Shown here: positions 25,371 to 38,532 of the stretch, in pieces
Position numbering within the stretch: position 1 is the stretch's first letter
Layout: each line of letters starts with the position of its first letter
NCBI GenBank assembly: GCA_030390025.1
Contig: CM059434.1
Coordinates: 110,670,001 to 110,734,000 of the forward strand
Source of the DNA: Squalus acanthias
Lineage: Eukaryota
DNA length: 64,000 bases
Direction of reading: 5' to 3'
Translations under genes and position numbers: made by a program
The notes under the pieces: model-generated
The model's input: only the letters and a program-made list of their open reading frames with translations
Databases searched by the model: none
Told to the model about the DNA's origin: nothing

Positions 25371-28065
25371 GGCAGATCAGGGGAATCATGTGGGAGTCGG
25401 CTGATTTGGAATAAGGGCCCTCTTTGAACTGGAAAGGTCAGACTTTTCAATGGGGCACCCCTCCCACACCAACAGACTGAGAATCATTGCTCTGGTTAAA
25501 AACCCATGAAAATTTACCAAAAACATAATCAGCTAACATGAATCCCCCCTTTATCTGGCAAAATCTCTACAGGTTCCCTAACTTACATCGCTTCCCCTTC
25601 ATTTTTCTTTCACTGGACCATGGAGACATCACAGACAAACCTGTTTGCCTCCTTACCTGAAGTCAATATATTTTCCAGAATGGGTCACTGGATAGCAATC
25701 AAATAGGAAATTAGGTTAATTTATCCACCCAGTCAGGGTACTGCTGTCCAGTAGAGATCACCAAAGGCCACAGATTGAAATTGGTAACTTCCCAGTATGT
25801 AATCTTCAGTAGAAGTGATTCAGTGCAGCAACATTGCTTGTGCCAATATTTCCTACCTGCCCATGATAGACCAACTCATCTTGGACAGAGCTTTGTCTCA
25901 CAACCAAATTGAAAGCAGACAGAATTTATCGGTGAGGTTCGAGTCAGAATGACCAGTGACGATCGAACCTGCTGCCTGAGACCCGATGGTATGGGTTTTG
26001 CTGTTTTCACAGAGATCACTGCAGAGCTGAGTGAGTGCACTGTCAGCAGAGTGGCACAAGACTTTTTAATCTTCATTTCTACACTGGATCGCCAAGCGGT
26101 AGTTGTCTGCAGATAATTCTGAAAGAGTCAGCATTCTATGCCTTCATCCTGCCGCACAACGGGAGTCTTACTGTCAGTGTCTCCATCAAGAAGTTCATTT
26201 TAATATATTACGTCTCTGTATATTTTCAGGATTTTTCTTTTTAACAGTGAGGTCTTATAACATAATCAGGGCAGCTGGCTGTGAAGAGCTGCTGAGCATA
26301 AAAACATGAGGGAGCTGGATTTACATAAACACAGTTGAACTGACAAGCTTTCTGAAGCATCCTGGGCTAATGGCTGCATCTGTCATTGCTAATTCACCTC
26401 TCTGACACGGTTAGGTTCAATAACTCCTCCACATCATTCTCTTTCACCCCTTCTCCACTCTTTACCACATACATCATCAAAACAACCAGAAGCTAAAAAT
26501 CCTTGACCCTTCTGGCAGGAATGAAGCAGAAGGGCCGGAAAATAAACTGGAGCCTGGATTTGCGGAGTGACAGAGAGTACCCATATCCCCTGCCCTCGGA
26601 GAGACCTGTCGCACAATTGTCAGACCAGGCGTACCAACCAGCTGAAGGACAGAAGTGGGCCCCATCTAGACATCCAGCCCGGGATCATGCCCTGCCATGA
26701 ACCTAAATTTTGTTTTGATTTATAGAACTGCAGGCTTGATCTCTGCGTAATTGCCGAAAGCCTTGGTCCACAAATATTCTGGACTTCACTGTCTCGGGAA
26801 ATAAGGTGCAATGTGCATTTTAGTGAACTAATCAGAGCTTTTTTGAAACTGAAATAGATCAAATAGATTACATTTGCCCTGGGGGAAAAGAGGTCTGCAG
26901 TTCAAGAATTAATGTGTGAATTTCCTAATATTCTGGCTCTGTCCCAGCAGATCTTTCCTAGGTTTTTCTATGACAAACGCAGTGTAGATACAGTGGGGTC
27001 AATTTTAACTTCTGGCCAGCCGATCGACCGTATGCGCTGGCCGGCCGGCCGACTGACTTTAATTTTCTTCTCCCCTCGCTGCCAGGATCGCTCATAGCTT
27101 TCCCTTCCACGCTTGCTGCATGCAAAATCCGGTATGGAGGTGAGCCCTAGGTTTCCGGCCCATTTCCCTACAGTTACACCTCTTACTGGCTGGCGCTCCT
27201 TGGGACTGCCAGAAGAAGCCTATCCCTGGGGTTGTGGTAGGAAGGCCCTAAAGCCCCAGGATGGAGGAAGGGGGCCTAGTAATGGCCTCCTAATAGGCCC
27301 CAAACACCTACCTTTGTTTGCCTCAGTCTGGGCCAAGGCCTACAGATACTTTACCTAATAGGAACGTAGGAAGTTCTTCTTTGGGCTCTTCTAGTTAAGG
27401 TGCTCGCTCCCTTGTACTGCTTGGAAATGACGTGCAACTGATACTCGCATTGAACTTGCCAGATCCATTCTGTAAACCTAGTGGCTATTTAATTTATATC
27501 AACAGGAACTTTGTTATTTCTGCTTTTTTGACCAATGAGTTTTTACTTCTCTTTTTAGTTTCTCTCCTTTCTCAATGGAACTCAGAACAAATATGGTCAT
27601 TTTAGTAAAGATGTGTAAGGGAGCTAATGCCCTGGGTATTTCTATTAGATCAGATTCCTAAATATTTGTCTATCGACGTCCTTCAACTTATTTAAAGAAA
27701 CCTTTTTAAAAGAAGGAAAACAGACAGCTGGTCTATAATGAATTAAATAGTATCAGCAGAGCAATAGTGAAGGCGTTGCTGTTGGCTTTAGTGCTTCTAA
27801 CCTTGGGGGAGAAATCGGTCAGGATTCCTGCGCATAATCGCCATCTATTGACCTCTCTTGAAAAGTGTGCATGTAAACATTGGCTGAGGATAGAATCTGA
27901 CTTGGCTGTGATGCCCTGTACAGTCAAATTCCTTGCCAGCACTCACTATTGAGGAAGAAGAATAGCCAGTTGGGTGAGGTACCAAAGAACTGCTGGCATC
28001 TGTGGAACCACACTCTAGTCAATGCCTTCAGGAAACACACCCTAGTCAATGCCTTCAGGAAACAC

Positions 28066-28153
28066 GTGTGAGAAGTCGCACAACACCAGGTTATAGTCCA
28101 ACAGTTTTATTTGAAATCACAAGCTTTCGGAGCACTGCTCCTTCGTCAGGTGA
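28066..28153 (-). mobile_element. 88-bp solo Penelope-like insertion with a hammerhead-like motif (28117-28153 on -)
   Basis: Near-identical to the arm at 15186-15275. TSD caggaaacac (28056-28065, 28154-28163). The - strand reads tcac-CTGACGA-a-ggagc-agt-gctcc-GAAA-gctt-gtga. Confidence 0.8.
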
Positions 28154-28204
28154 CAGGAAACACACCCTACTCAATGCCTTCAGGAAACACATCCTAATCA
28201 ATTA

Positions 28205-29275
28205 TTTTTTTTTTTATTTATTCATGGGCGTCGCTGGCTAGGCCAGCATTTATTGCCCAACCATGATTGCCCTTGAGAAGGTGGTGGTGAGCTGCCTTCT
28301 TGAACCACTGCAGTTGGTGAAGGTACCCTCAGAGTGATGTTAGGGAGGGAGTTTGAAACAGGAATGATGAAGGAATAGCAATATATTTCCAAGTCAGGAT
28401 GGTGTGTGACTTGGAGGGGAATTTGGAGGTGGTGGTGTTCCCATGTGCCTGCTGCCCTTGTCCTTCTAGGTGGAAGAGGTCACGGGTTTGGGAGGTGCTG
28501 CCGAAGAAGCCTAGGTGAATTGCTGCAGTGCATCTTGTAGATGGTACATACTGCAGCCACGGTACACCGGTGGTGGAGGGAGTGAATGTTTAAGGTGGTG
28601 GATGGAGTGCCAATCAAGTGGGCTGCTTTGTCCTGGATGATGTTGAGCTTCTTGAGTGTTATTGGAGCTGCACCCATCCAGGCAAGTGGAGAGTATTTCA
28701 TCAGACTCCTAACTTGAGTCTTGTAGGCGGTAGAGAGGCTTTGGGGAGTCAGGAGGTGAGACACTCGCCGCAGAATATCCAGCCTCTGACCTGCTCTTGT
28801 AGCCACAGTATTTATATGGCTGGTCCAATTAAGTTTCTGGTCAATGGTGACCCCCCCAGGATGTTGATGGTGGGGGATTCGGCGATGCTAATGCCATTGA
28901 ATGTCAAGGGGAGATGACTAGACTCTCCCTTGTTGGAGATAGTCAAATGCTGCCTTGATGTCAAGGGCAGTTACTCACACTTCACCTCTGGAATTCAGCT
29001 CTTTTATCCGTGTTTGGCTAGAAGGCTGTATGGAGCCTAGGGGTCCTGGTGGAACCCAAACTGAGCATCGGTGAGCAGATTATGGATGAGTAAGTGCCAC
29101 TTGATAGCACTGTTGACCCCACCTTCCATCACTTTGCTGATGATTGAGAGTAGACTGATGGGGCGTTAATTGGCCGGATTGGATTCATCCTGCTTTTGGT
29201 GGACAGGACATACCTGGGCAATTTTTCACTTTGTTGGGTAGATGCCAGTGTTGAAGCTGTACTGGAATACCTTGA
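28205..29275 (-). mobile_element. CR1/L2-group LINE fragment (family 'B'), internally deleted
   Basis: ORF 28480-28806(-) ATRAGQRLDILRRVSHLLTPQSLSTAYKTQVRSLMKYSPLAW; A-rich tail near 28205. Confidence 0.85.
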
Positions 29276-30509
29276 GAGCCACACCCTAGTCAATGCTTTC
29301 AGAAACCACATCATAGTCAATGATTCAGGAACCACACCCTAAGTCAATGCCTTTAGGAACCACATCCTAGTTATTGCCTTCAGGGAAATAGAGGAGAAAT
29401 GACAGCAAAGTGGAAGCATTTCTTTAAAAAGGGACAGTACTTTTATGTTTATTCTGGAGGAAGAAATTATACTCTCTTAGATTTTGGGAGCTCCATAATC
29501 TTATAGGCAATGCTGAGGGAGAGGGGTACTTTGGAAATTCCCTCAAGGTAGGAAGAGAATAAGGCCTATTAAAATGTGAATGTGATCCACCACAGGGACA
29601 GTGAATATAGCAACTTGGAATGTGCCTAGTGTAAATAACCCCGTTGAAAACAATGAAAAACTGTTCAGATTTGGATGCAATAAGAAGTAATTACAAGAGA
29701 TACACCCACGACAGAATGAGTCAGACAATTACAAGGGTTGAGTATTAAGCTCCAGATGAAGAGCTATTTTGATGAAGAATGTCCCTTGCTCTTAGGATTA
29801 TTTAATTATAGACCCAGATTGTCGATTTATTACTCTCTCTCAAGATGAAGAGGTTACATTAATAAATGCTCAGGAAACAGGAGGTGCTAATCAGGAAATT
29901 ATAGAACTAAATTCCTCTGCCACCTCAGCAATTCTAATAACAGATCAAATTTTACATATGCACTGGGACCCATAATAAAGAGGATGTTGACTTAATTGAT
30001 GATGAACCCTGCCAATTTATAGCATCTACAATATCCTGTGGAAATTATATTCTGCTTTCAGCATTGCAATAGATATATAGTCAAGGATGACCGCTGTCTA
30101 GTTCCAAGATATTTGGTTAGAGGTATAACACACATTCACATTGACATTATTACATTACGGGACCACATTTAACTTTCAGATTTCCAAAAGCTGTGGCTTT
30201 CCTTATGGATGATGTCGGTAAACGTGGTGAGGTACTGAGCCACACACACCAAGATCCCCAGGTTCAATTCCTAGTCTGTGCTGAGTTTGTTAATCTCAGC
30301 CAGGGCAGTGGTGGAAGCCCGATAATTGGCCTCAAAATTCCCAAGCTAGGTAGAGGGGGGGAAAAAAAATCAACCAGGATTCCCATTCCTGATCACTACG
30401 CAGTCTTTTTTTTTTTGAATTTTCTTTTCTCCATTCTCTCCTACGTGCATTGTTTCCATTCTGGAATATAACCTGGTGACCATTATTTATGTGTTGCCCC
30501 TGACAGGGG

Positions 30510-31061
30510 AGGCTGGATTTTCCACTGCATTCCCTCCCAACATCAGGAGGAATAGCAGTGCAAAAACTGACAAAATCCAGTGATAAAGCATACCGCCGCA
30601 TGCAAATGCTGGCAGAGAAGAGGTGCCTAGGATCCTGGCGGATTTTCTTGCTTTCCTCCTCTCTTATTGCCGATCCCCAGAACCACCAGGAGAAAGGTGG
30701 TGATCGGCCCAGTAGCAGCGGCAGTAAGGCCCCAAATTCTTTGAATGGAGGGAGAGGGCCTACTAGAGGCCTTCTCTCCTTCCACATGGACCCGTAAGCC
30801 TCAACCTCTTAGGCCTTGGTTCTCTGCTTTTTCTTCAGGGCTCTACTGCCCCCTTTAAATTCCCCGCCACCTCTTCTAGTCCCACTGCATGAATGCCGGG
30901 ATTTTGTGCCCATGGATAGACAAGCTCCTTTTTCGTGGTGGGGATCCCACTTGGAGCCTGTTCCGCATTACTAATAACCCTCTGGCCCAGGAAAATGGAT
31001 TGGGGTTGGAGGGGCAGGCTCACCCCACCTCTACCCTGCTGCAAAAATAGGAATCCAGCCC
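30510..31061. mobile_element. Harbinger-type non-autonomous element
   Basis: Ends ggctggattt / gaatccagcc. The GC-rich interior resembles the partial element at 26995-27400. Confidence 0.5.
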
Positions 31062-31634
31062 AGTGTCAGCAGCTATTCAACGGCAGGGGGCATTAGAGCC
31101 ACGCCCCACATCTGCATATATGCAGTTCCAACAGGGGATGCTAGATAGCAATTATGATCCATGGTCAAGTTTTCTTCCCTCTTATCCTGGGCCGCTGAGG
31201 CCAACCTTAACGGCTCCTGCTGTTGTCCCAGCTGAAACCAGCTAACTCAGCAGTCTGGGGAACTTCTAGTCTGTTTGGCTCAGTTACTCACTGGACATAC
31301 TCAATGAGCCCTAAGGAATGGTCCCTATCCTGTCACCCTCTGCACAGAGGTCCAGCTGTGTGGAAATGAGGACAGGATAGGATTCAGCAGTGATGTGCCC
31401 CATGGTTGAACAGTCTGTCAACACACACTGCCCCAGGTTCACACGTGAGGAATGGTTGCTTGGATGAGATAGTGGAGATTGCAACTGCTGTTTACAAGTT
31501 TTACCTCCGATCTATTCAGGTTAATTACATAAAAATCAATATACATGAATATCAAACACCAAAATAAACTTTCAGCCACTAAGTTAGAAGTTTATAGTGT
31601 TTAAAAATGTCACTTTGATAGGCAAAGTACTTAC

Positions 31635-31749
31635 CTCATTGGCTAAAGCAAATGTTCCCCAGTGTATTCCTACAGACTTTTTTGCTTGAACATCTATGTG
31701 GATCCTCACAGCCTCCTCTGGGTTCACGTGGTTATATTTCATAAACCAT
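31635..31749 (-). CDS. NAPEPLD: NAPEPLD coding exon (115 nt)
   Basis: ctctgctccag acceptor and gtaagt donor; phase 2 in, 0 out. (R)[38 protein letters not shown] contains the IHWGTF metal-ligand motif. Confidence 0.97.
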
Positions 31750-32304
31750 CTGGAGCAGAGACAAAAACATAGACAGGTAAACCAGGAGCCTCGAATTGAA
31801 TAGGAGCAGAAGATGCATATTTCTGTACTGAATATAATGATGTACTACTTCCCCTTTTTCTGTTAGACTTGATCACTTTCATTAGAGAGAGCGAGATAGC
31901 AAAAGAGAAAGAAACAGAGACACAGAAACAAAGGAAGACAGAAACAGGTTGGCTAGTGCATGCACAAACTTCAAATTATTAGCTACACTCCTGGCCTCAG
32001 CATTACTTTGGTTGGTCTGTGGCTGATATTCCCAGAATTCTATAAAAATAAATAAGCAACATGGGGATTCCAGGAAAGTTCACTGCTGTCCTAATAAGGG
32101 CCCAAATATGCTTGTCTTGCTCCATACTTCCTTAAGTTCTTAAAGCATCACTCCGATATGAGCCGAGAACATACTTGTCCACTTTGTGGCCCCGTGAAGT
32201 AAATCAATGAACGTGTGCTATCCCAGCTACCATCAATAAAGAACAACAACAAAGCAAGCATGCAAACTATGACCACACAAAATGACCTGCGTGGTAAATA
32301 ATAA

Positions 32305-32660
32305 TACTTGCATTTATATAGTACATTGTCACATCAAAACATCTCATAACATTTCACACAATTAATTATTTTTGAAGAGAATGATTGTCGTTATGTAGAC
32401 AAATGCAGCAACATCCCACAAAAAGGAATAAACTGTTTTTTGGGTGGACTTTGTTGAGGAGGGAATGTTGGCCAGGACACTGGGAGAGCTCCCTGCTTTT
32501 CTTCCAAAAAGGCTGTGGTATTCTAAAGGCCCACCCGAACCACTGGAACAGCCAGACGTGACCTCATTTTAACTTCTCATTCAATGGACGGCATCTCTAA
32601 GAATGCAGCAATTCCTCACCACGGCACTGGCGTGTCACCTTCGATTATGTGCTTGAATCC
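32305..32660 (-). mobile_element. Degraded SacSINE1/DeuSINE
   Basis: acttgcatttatatag...ggccaggacactgggagagctccctgct is reverse-complementary to the 45555-46025 copy. Confidence 0.7.
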
Positions 32661-32924
32661 TGCTGTGAGGGTGCAAAGGCAGGAGATACTCTTGCAGTGA
32701 TTGGGACAGTCGGAGTTACATAACTATAAACTGGTACACTTGTGCTCTGGAAGTCCACTCAGACTCCTGTGCACAACTTTCAGAAATCTGCCATTGTATT
32801 TGAAAAGAAACGAGTAATATTTTCTGCATTGATAGATTTTCGGTCACTAGACGTGTTCGACACACATCATTAATTCTTTATATATATGCATGGGGATATA
32901 TGTGGTGGGGGGGAGCTCTTCAAT

Positions 32925-33300
32925 CGCTCAGTGAGCTTGATGTAGTGAGAAGCTGAGCCATAAATAGCATGAATGTCCCAGGTTTGATCCCTGGTCTGTG
33001 CGGAGTCAGCGGAGGTAGCGCTACAAGTACTACTTTAGCATCTTGGATTTGAAAAGGATAATCCCATTCGTATTCCTCAATCCTTGCTGGAAATACACGT
33101 GTTGAAATACACGTGTGGACCTTGAGTAAGGACAGAATTGGACTTAACCGAGATGCCTCCCACAGTCAAATAGCTTGGGGACACTCACTGTCCAAGCTCG
33201 CCCATGAAGAATAGCCAGTTGGGAGAGATACCGAGGGTTGCAGGTTCATGTGGAGCCATACTCCAGCATGAGCCAGCATCTTTCGGAGAGAAAGGGAAGT
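32925..33300 (+). mobile_element. Near-full copy of the unnamed tRNA-headed repeat
   Basis: gctcagtgag...gtcccaggtttgatccctggtctgtgc...gaggacagaattgg-like body...gaagaatagccagttggg; colinear with 60405-60725. Confidence 0.6.
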
Positions 33301-33579
33301 GATAAAACTTAAAACATTTTTCCAGGGATATTAGTACTACCTGATTTTCTAATGGGTTTACCAGGCTTTGGAGAGGTGAACTGATATTCCACTTGATAAC
33401 TGCACGGGCAGCATTAAACATTACTGTATCTGGTCATCACTAAATAGGAGAGGAAACTCCAGTTTTGTTATTAGACTTATCTAGCACATTGGCAACATTG
33501 TGTACAAACCAGTACATTTTAGTGTTGTGCCACTATGTTTCTTGTGTTCATCACTTCAAATTGCGCTCACCATTACCAA

Positions 33580-35647
33580 ATAAAACAAAAAGGGTGACTC
33601 AACCGTGGCTAACAAGGGAAATTAGGGATAGCATAAGATCCAAGGAGAGGGCATATAAATTGGCCAGAAAAAGCAGTAACCCTGAGGATTGGGAGCAGTT
33701 TAGGATTCAACAAAGGAGAACAAAGGGATTAATTAAGAAGGGGAAAATAGAATATGAAAGTAAGCTTACAGGGAACATAAAAACTGACTGTAAGAGCTTT
33801 TATAGATATGTGAAGAGAAAAAGATTAGTGAAATCAAGTGTAGGTCCCTTGCAGTCAGAAGCGGGGGAAGTTATAATGGGGAACAAAGAAATGGCAGACC
33901 AATTAAATGCATATTTTGGTTCTGTCTTCACAAAGGAGGACACAAATAACCTCCCAGAGATGTTGGAAAACATAGGGTCTGATGAAAGGGAGGAACTGAA
34001 AGAAATCAGTATTTGCAGGGAAATGGTGTTAGGGAAATTGACGGGATTAAAGGCCGATAAATCCCCAGGGCCTGATAATCTACATCCTAGAGTACTTAAG
34101 GAAGTGGCCCTAGAAATAGTAGATGCATTGCTGATCATCTTCCAACATTCAATGGAATCTGGAACTGTACCCATGGATTGGAAGGTAGCTAATGTTACCC
34201 CACTATTCAAAAAGGGTGGTAGAGAGAAAGCGGGGAATTACAGACCGGTAAGCCTGACATCGGTATTAGGGAAAATGCTAGAGTCCATTATAAAGGATGT
34301 AATAGCTGAGCACTTGAAAAACAGTGACAGGATCAGACAAAGTCAACATGGATTTACAAAAGGTAAATCGTGCTTGACTAATCTACTGGAATTTTTTGAG
34401 GATGTAACTGGGAAAATAGATAAGGGAGAACCAGTAGATGTGGTGTATTTGGACTTTCAAAAGGCTTTCGATAAGGTCCCGCATAAGAGATTAGCGTGTA
34501 AAGTTAAGGCACATGGGATTGGGGGCAAGGTATTGACTTGGATAGAGAACTGGTTGGCGGACAGAAAGCAGAGAGTAGGAATTAATGGGTCTTTTTCCGA
34601 GTGGCAGGCAGTGACTAGTGGGGTACCGCAGGGATCGGTCCTTGGACCCCAGCTATTCACAATATACATTAATGATCTAGATAAGGGAACTAAATGTAAT
34701 ATCTCCAAGTTTGCAGATGACACAAAGCTGGGTGGGCGTGTGTGCTGCGAGGAGGATACAGAGAAACTCCAGGATGATTTGGACAGGTTGGGTGAGTGGG
34801 CAGAAGCGTGGCAGATGCAATATAACGTGGATAAATGCGAGGTTATCCACTTTGGTGTCAAAAACAGAAAGGCAGACTATTATCTGAATGGCAATAGATT
34901 GGGAGAAGGGGAAGTGCAACGAGACCTGGGTGTCCTTGTGCACCAGTCGCTGAAGGTAAGCATGCCGGTGCAGCAGGCGGTGAAGAAGGCAAATGGTATG
35001 TTGGCCTTCACAGCGAAAGGGTTTGAGTATAGGAACAGGGATGTCTTGCTGCAGTTGTACAGGGTCTTGGTGAGACCACACCTTGAGTACTGTGTGCAGT
35101 TTTGGTCGCCTTATCTGAGGAAGGATGTTCTTGCCATGGAGGGAGTTCAACGAAGATTCACAAGGCTGATACCTGGGATGGCAGGAATGACATATGAGGA
35201 GAGATTGGGTCGATTGGGCTTATACTCGCTGGAGTATAGAAGAATGAGAGGAGATCTCATCGAAACATATAAAATTCTGACAGGTCTGGACAAACTAGAT
35301 GCAGGAAGAATGTTCCCGATGGTTGGAGAGTCCAGAACCAGGGGTCATAATCTAAGGATAAGGGGTAAGCCATTTAGGACAGAAATTAGGAAGAATTTCT
35401 TCACCCAGAGAGTGGTGAACCTGTGGAATTCTCTACCACAGAAGGTAGTTGAGGCCAAGTCATTAAATATATTCAAGAATGAGTTAGATATATTTCTTAA
35501 AGATAAAGGTATCAAGGGATATGGAGAGAAGGCAGGTACAGGGTACTGAGTTTGAATGATCAGCCATGATTTCATCGAATGGCGGAGCAGGCTCGAGGGG
35601 CCGAATGGCCTACTCCTGCTCCTATCTTCTATGTTTCTATGGTTCTA
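33580..35647 (+). mobile_element. 5'-truncated CR1 LINE with an uninterrupted reverse-transcriptase frame (stop at 35549)
   Basis: KSPGPD, NYRPVSLTS, QHGF, DFQKAFDKV, GVPQGSVLGP and FADD motifs; CR1 3' end gggccgaatggcctactcctgctcct followed by (ttctatg)n. No endonuclease domain. Antisense to NAPEPLD. Confidence 0.95.
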
Positions 35648-35659
35648 TTGCCAGTGACA

Positions 35660-35782
35660 GACTGTACCTCAGTATTGCACTATCAGCCTAGAGTTCATGC
35701 TCAAGTCTCTGGAGCGGGACTTGAACCCACAACCATCTGACTCAGAGGCAAGAGTGCTACCAACTGAGCCATGGTTGACACC
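35660..35782 (-). mobile_element. SacSINE1 5' (tRNA head) fragment
   Basis: On -: gtgtcaaccatggctcagttggtagcactcttgcctctgagtcagatggttgtgggttcaagtcccgctccagagacttgagc. Confidence 0.85.
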
Positions 35783-36778
35783 GTAGTTGATGAAACAGAG
35801 TCCCTCACACTTGAAAAGAAAACTATTAAAGGCACAGAGAAAGAGCAGGTAAATGGGATTGGAGGAGATAGCTCCAAGCTGAAGCTGGCACTGACGTAAG
35901 CATGATGAGCCTCCTTTTGTGCTGAAATTTCTATGATAACAAACCATGGTATTATAGTGAGGCCACTACTAATACAGTTATCTGAATTTACCAGACCGTT
36001 TACTAGTCTGAATGGCTAGACTATAAAACGAGAGAGATTAGAAATGCTAGACTATAAAAGAGGAGAGATTAGTCAGCGCACTGCAAGTCATTTTGTACGA
36101 CTGTTCAGAATTCACAGCTTGCTGTTTAGTATAAAGATCCAACTGATGATAACCTTTTTATTATCAAAATGCTCCACTGAGGACTGAACAAAACCTAGGA
36201 TTACGTTTGCACGACTGCATGCCATCATTTGAAATTCCTATCCCGTAGCATGCAAGTAATCTGCAAGGTACATAAAAATAAAAATGTACCAAAGCATACC
36301 AGGATGCAGAGAGGAAAATAAACCGGCAGCTGCTGGTAATATCATTACAAGCACGGAGGAGAAATGGGGGGCAGGGACTGCAAAGTGCACTGTTACAGGA
36401 CTCGTTCAAAAAGAACATTTTTCATTTTTAGCACGTGATCAAGAAAAATGATCAAATTAGACAGATTGAGAGTTAAACTTCCAGTCACAAATGTTGCATT
36501 TTTTTTTAAAAAGGCCAAATTTGATCAGTTCCTGTTTTTCTCTCAACTCTGGCTGCTGTAGCGGCGGGAATAGGCTCTGGCTTGGCGTCAGGAATTCAGC
36601 CGCAAGCCTGCCCTGCAACCTCAATGACACCCCCCCCCCCCACAACTGGGTTGGGGAATCCAGCGATGTCGGAGGAACCACGACTAGGAGCAGAATCCCG
36701 GACCTTGACTCTTATAGAATTTGTAGGATGAACCAGGACAGTTTTTTGTCTTTGTCACTACTCTGACATGGAGACAAA

Positions 36779-38532
36779 GGGGGGAATTTTTCAGGGGGGG
36801 TCAGCGGGCGAGTTTGGTGGCGGGTCGGGTGGGAATTTTTTTTTTGACAGCGGGTAGCGTACTTGCTGTCAACCGGCCGCCATGCTAGTTTCCTAGATGT
36901 CGGGTCCGTCAGTGCTGAACAGACCCGACACAAAGCGGCAGGGGAGGCAATTTAGGTGATTAAGGGCTTGTTAACAACCTGTTAGAGAATTTTGAGCTCA
37001 CCTTAACATTTTACGAGATCACCCACAGGTTCCACGCTGCTCGGGGATCACGTCAGGTAATGAGGTCGGGAGTTGTGTCACCATGAAATTATCTCATTAC
37101 TTGACAGCTGCAAATGTGGTATAAAAGCTCCCCTTTCACAGCTGTTCACTTGCCAAGCTCAGAAGCTGTTGCTTACTGCATTTGGAAGACAGACTGCGCT
37201 TTATACAGGTTGCAAGTGTTTGGAGTAAACTCTGTATCCAGGGTCACCTCATTGGAACAACCTCTCTCACCAATGACAGATCGCTTCTGTCATCTCAAGT
37301 TTGCCTGCCATCTGTTACATCACTGCCCTTGAAACTATCTCACCTTGGTCCTCAGAATCCCACCACGATCAGCCCCAACACCAGCAGCACCAGGCACACC
37401 AGCAGCACCAACAACAACACCAACCTTCTCCGCAATCAACTAATGGTGCACAGGACACAGGGCATCAGCACCCAACCTCATTGCTGCCCGGGACGCCAGG
37501 GATTGCTTCACCATAGCCAGATTTATTTCACTTGACGCTGTGCACCCTGGCTGCCACATGATGTGCCAGTTTGGCACCACCCCACACCAACACCAGAAAG
37601 CATCCCTACAATGCCCAAGCCATTCCTTTCACACTCATGACCATTGTGGGGGGTACCATTATGTCTCACCATTCACTGGAACTCACTAAGCCACTTCCAA
37701 AGGTGCACACAAATAAGTCCAAGAACGCAAAGTGTTGAAAATAAAGATTTCAATGTTTGACAGCACATTAACAGAAACTTCACATGAACATTGGCTAAAA
37801 CACCTAAGTGCCTACCCTTGTGTGTTGTTAGTTGGTATGATTGGACTAGGATGAGGGTGAGTGTGAGGGGTGGCTAGTGAGTTGGGGAAGTGATAATGTA
37901 GAGAGAGAGGAATGGGTGGAGGTGCAAGGTAAGTTGGTGTGGAAGGGAAGGCAGAGTGATGGGGATGTGATGAGTGGCACAGCAGGATGAGGTTGAGTGT
38001 GGCTTGGCAGTAACATTTCGTGATCTACTGAGATCATTGAAAGGTTTGCGTCACTGCAGCCTGGTCCTCCTGACGACATCCTGCTTGCGTCCTCCTGTGC
38101 AATGTGCAACCAGGCTGCGTTGGTGTCCTGGGGAGGTGTCTTCCGCCCTTGGAAGGGAAGAGAACCTTCCTGCGTGCTGTGACTCTGTCCATAAGCATAT
38201 GGAAGGAGTCATGGGAGAGCCCGGGTGCAGCCGTGCAGCTCTATGCAGTGCTCGTCATGGTTTGCAGTACCTCAATGCTGTAGAACACTGACAGCACAAC
38301 GGTCAAAATCAATTTGCACATGGTCCCTTTCAGGAAACCGGCTTATGACGCGTCATCAAATGATGTCATCAGACCAGCTTCTTTCAACTGGCCGGCAAAC
38401 GCACTGGGCAGGCTTAACAAGCCCAATCAACGTAAAATCACTTTGGACAGCGGGCTGGAGCCAGCAGCGAGGTCGGGACCCGCCACCGACCCCAGCCGCA
38501 GCAGACCCGCCGAGGTAGAGGAAATCGCGGCC
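36779..38532. mobile_element. Internally deleted Harbinger transposon retaining a Myb/SANT-like pseudo-ORF on - (about 38010-38260)
   Basis: Frameshifted translation ...DSFHMLMDRVTARRKVLFP..GRKTPPQDTNAAWLHIAQE..SRDVVRRTRLQ*RKPFNDLSRS. Subterminal ggtggcgggtc / gacccgccacc; 3-bp TSD aaa. Confidence 0.7.

Larger units (their letters stand above)
28004..29385 (+). repeat. 27-bp minisatellite (about 8 units, ggaaacacaccctagtcaatgccttca) split by two younger insertions
   Basis: Units at 28004-28065, 28156-28203 and 29276-29382. Confidence 0.85.

Noticed and set aside
28004-29385. CRISPR-like repeat-spacer structure (27-bp repeats with inserts)
   Set aside because: The apparent spacers are a recognisable LINE and a Penelope-like insert within a minisatellite.
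7420-31634. Nested protein-coding gene in the 24-kb last intron
   Set aside because: All ORFs are short or TE-derived and I found no consistent exon chain; small exons or lncRNAs cannot be excluded by eye.
33465-33580. N-terminus of the 694-aa ORF as a domesticated RT gene
   Set aside because: The first ~40 codons are chance read-through from flanking DNA with a non-ATG start; the rest is an ordinary truncated CR1.
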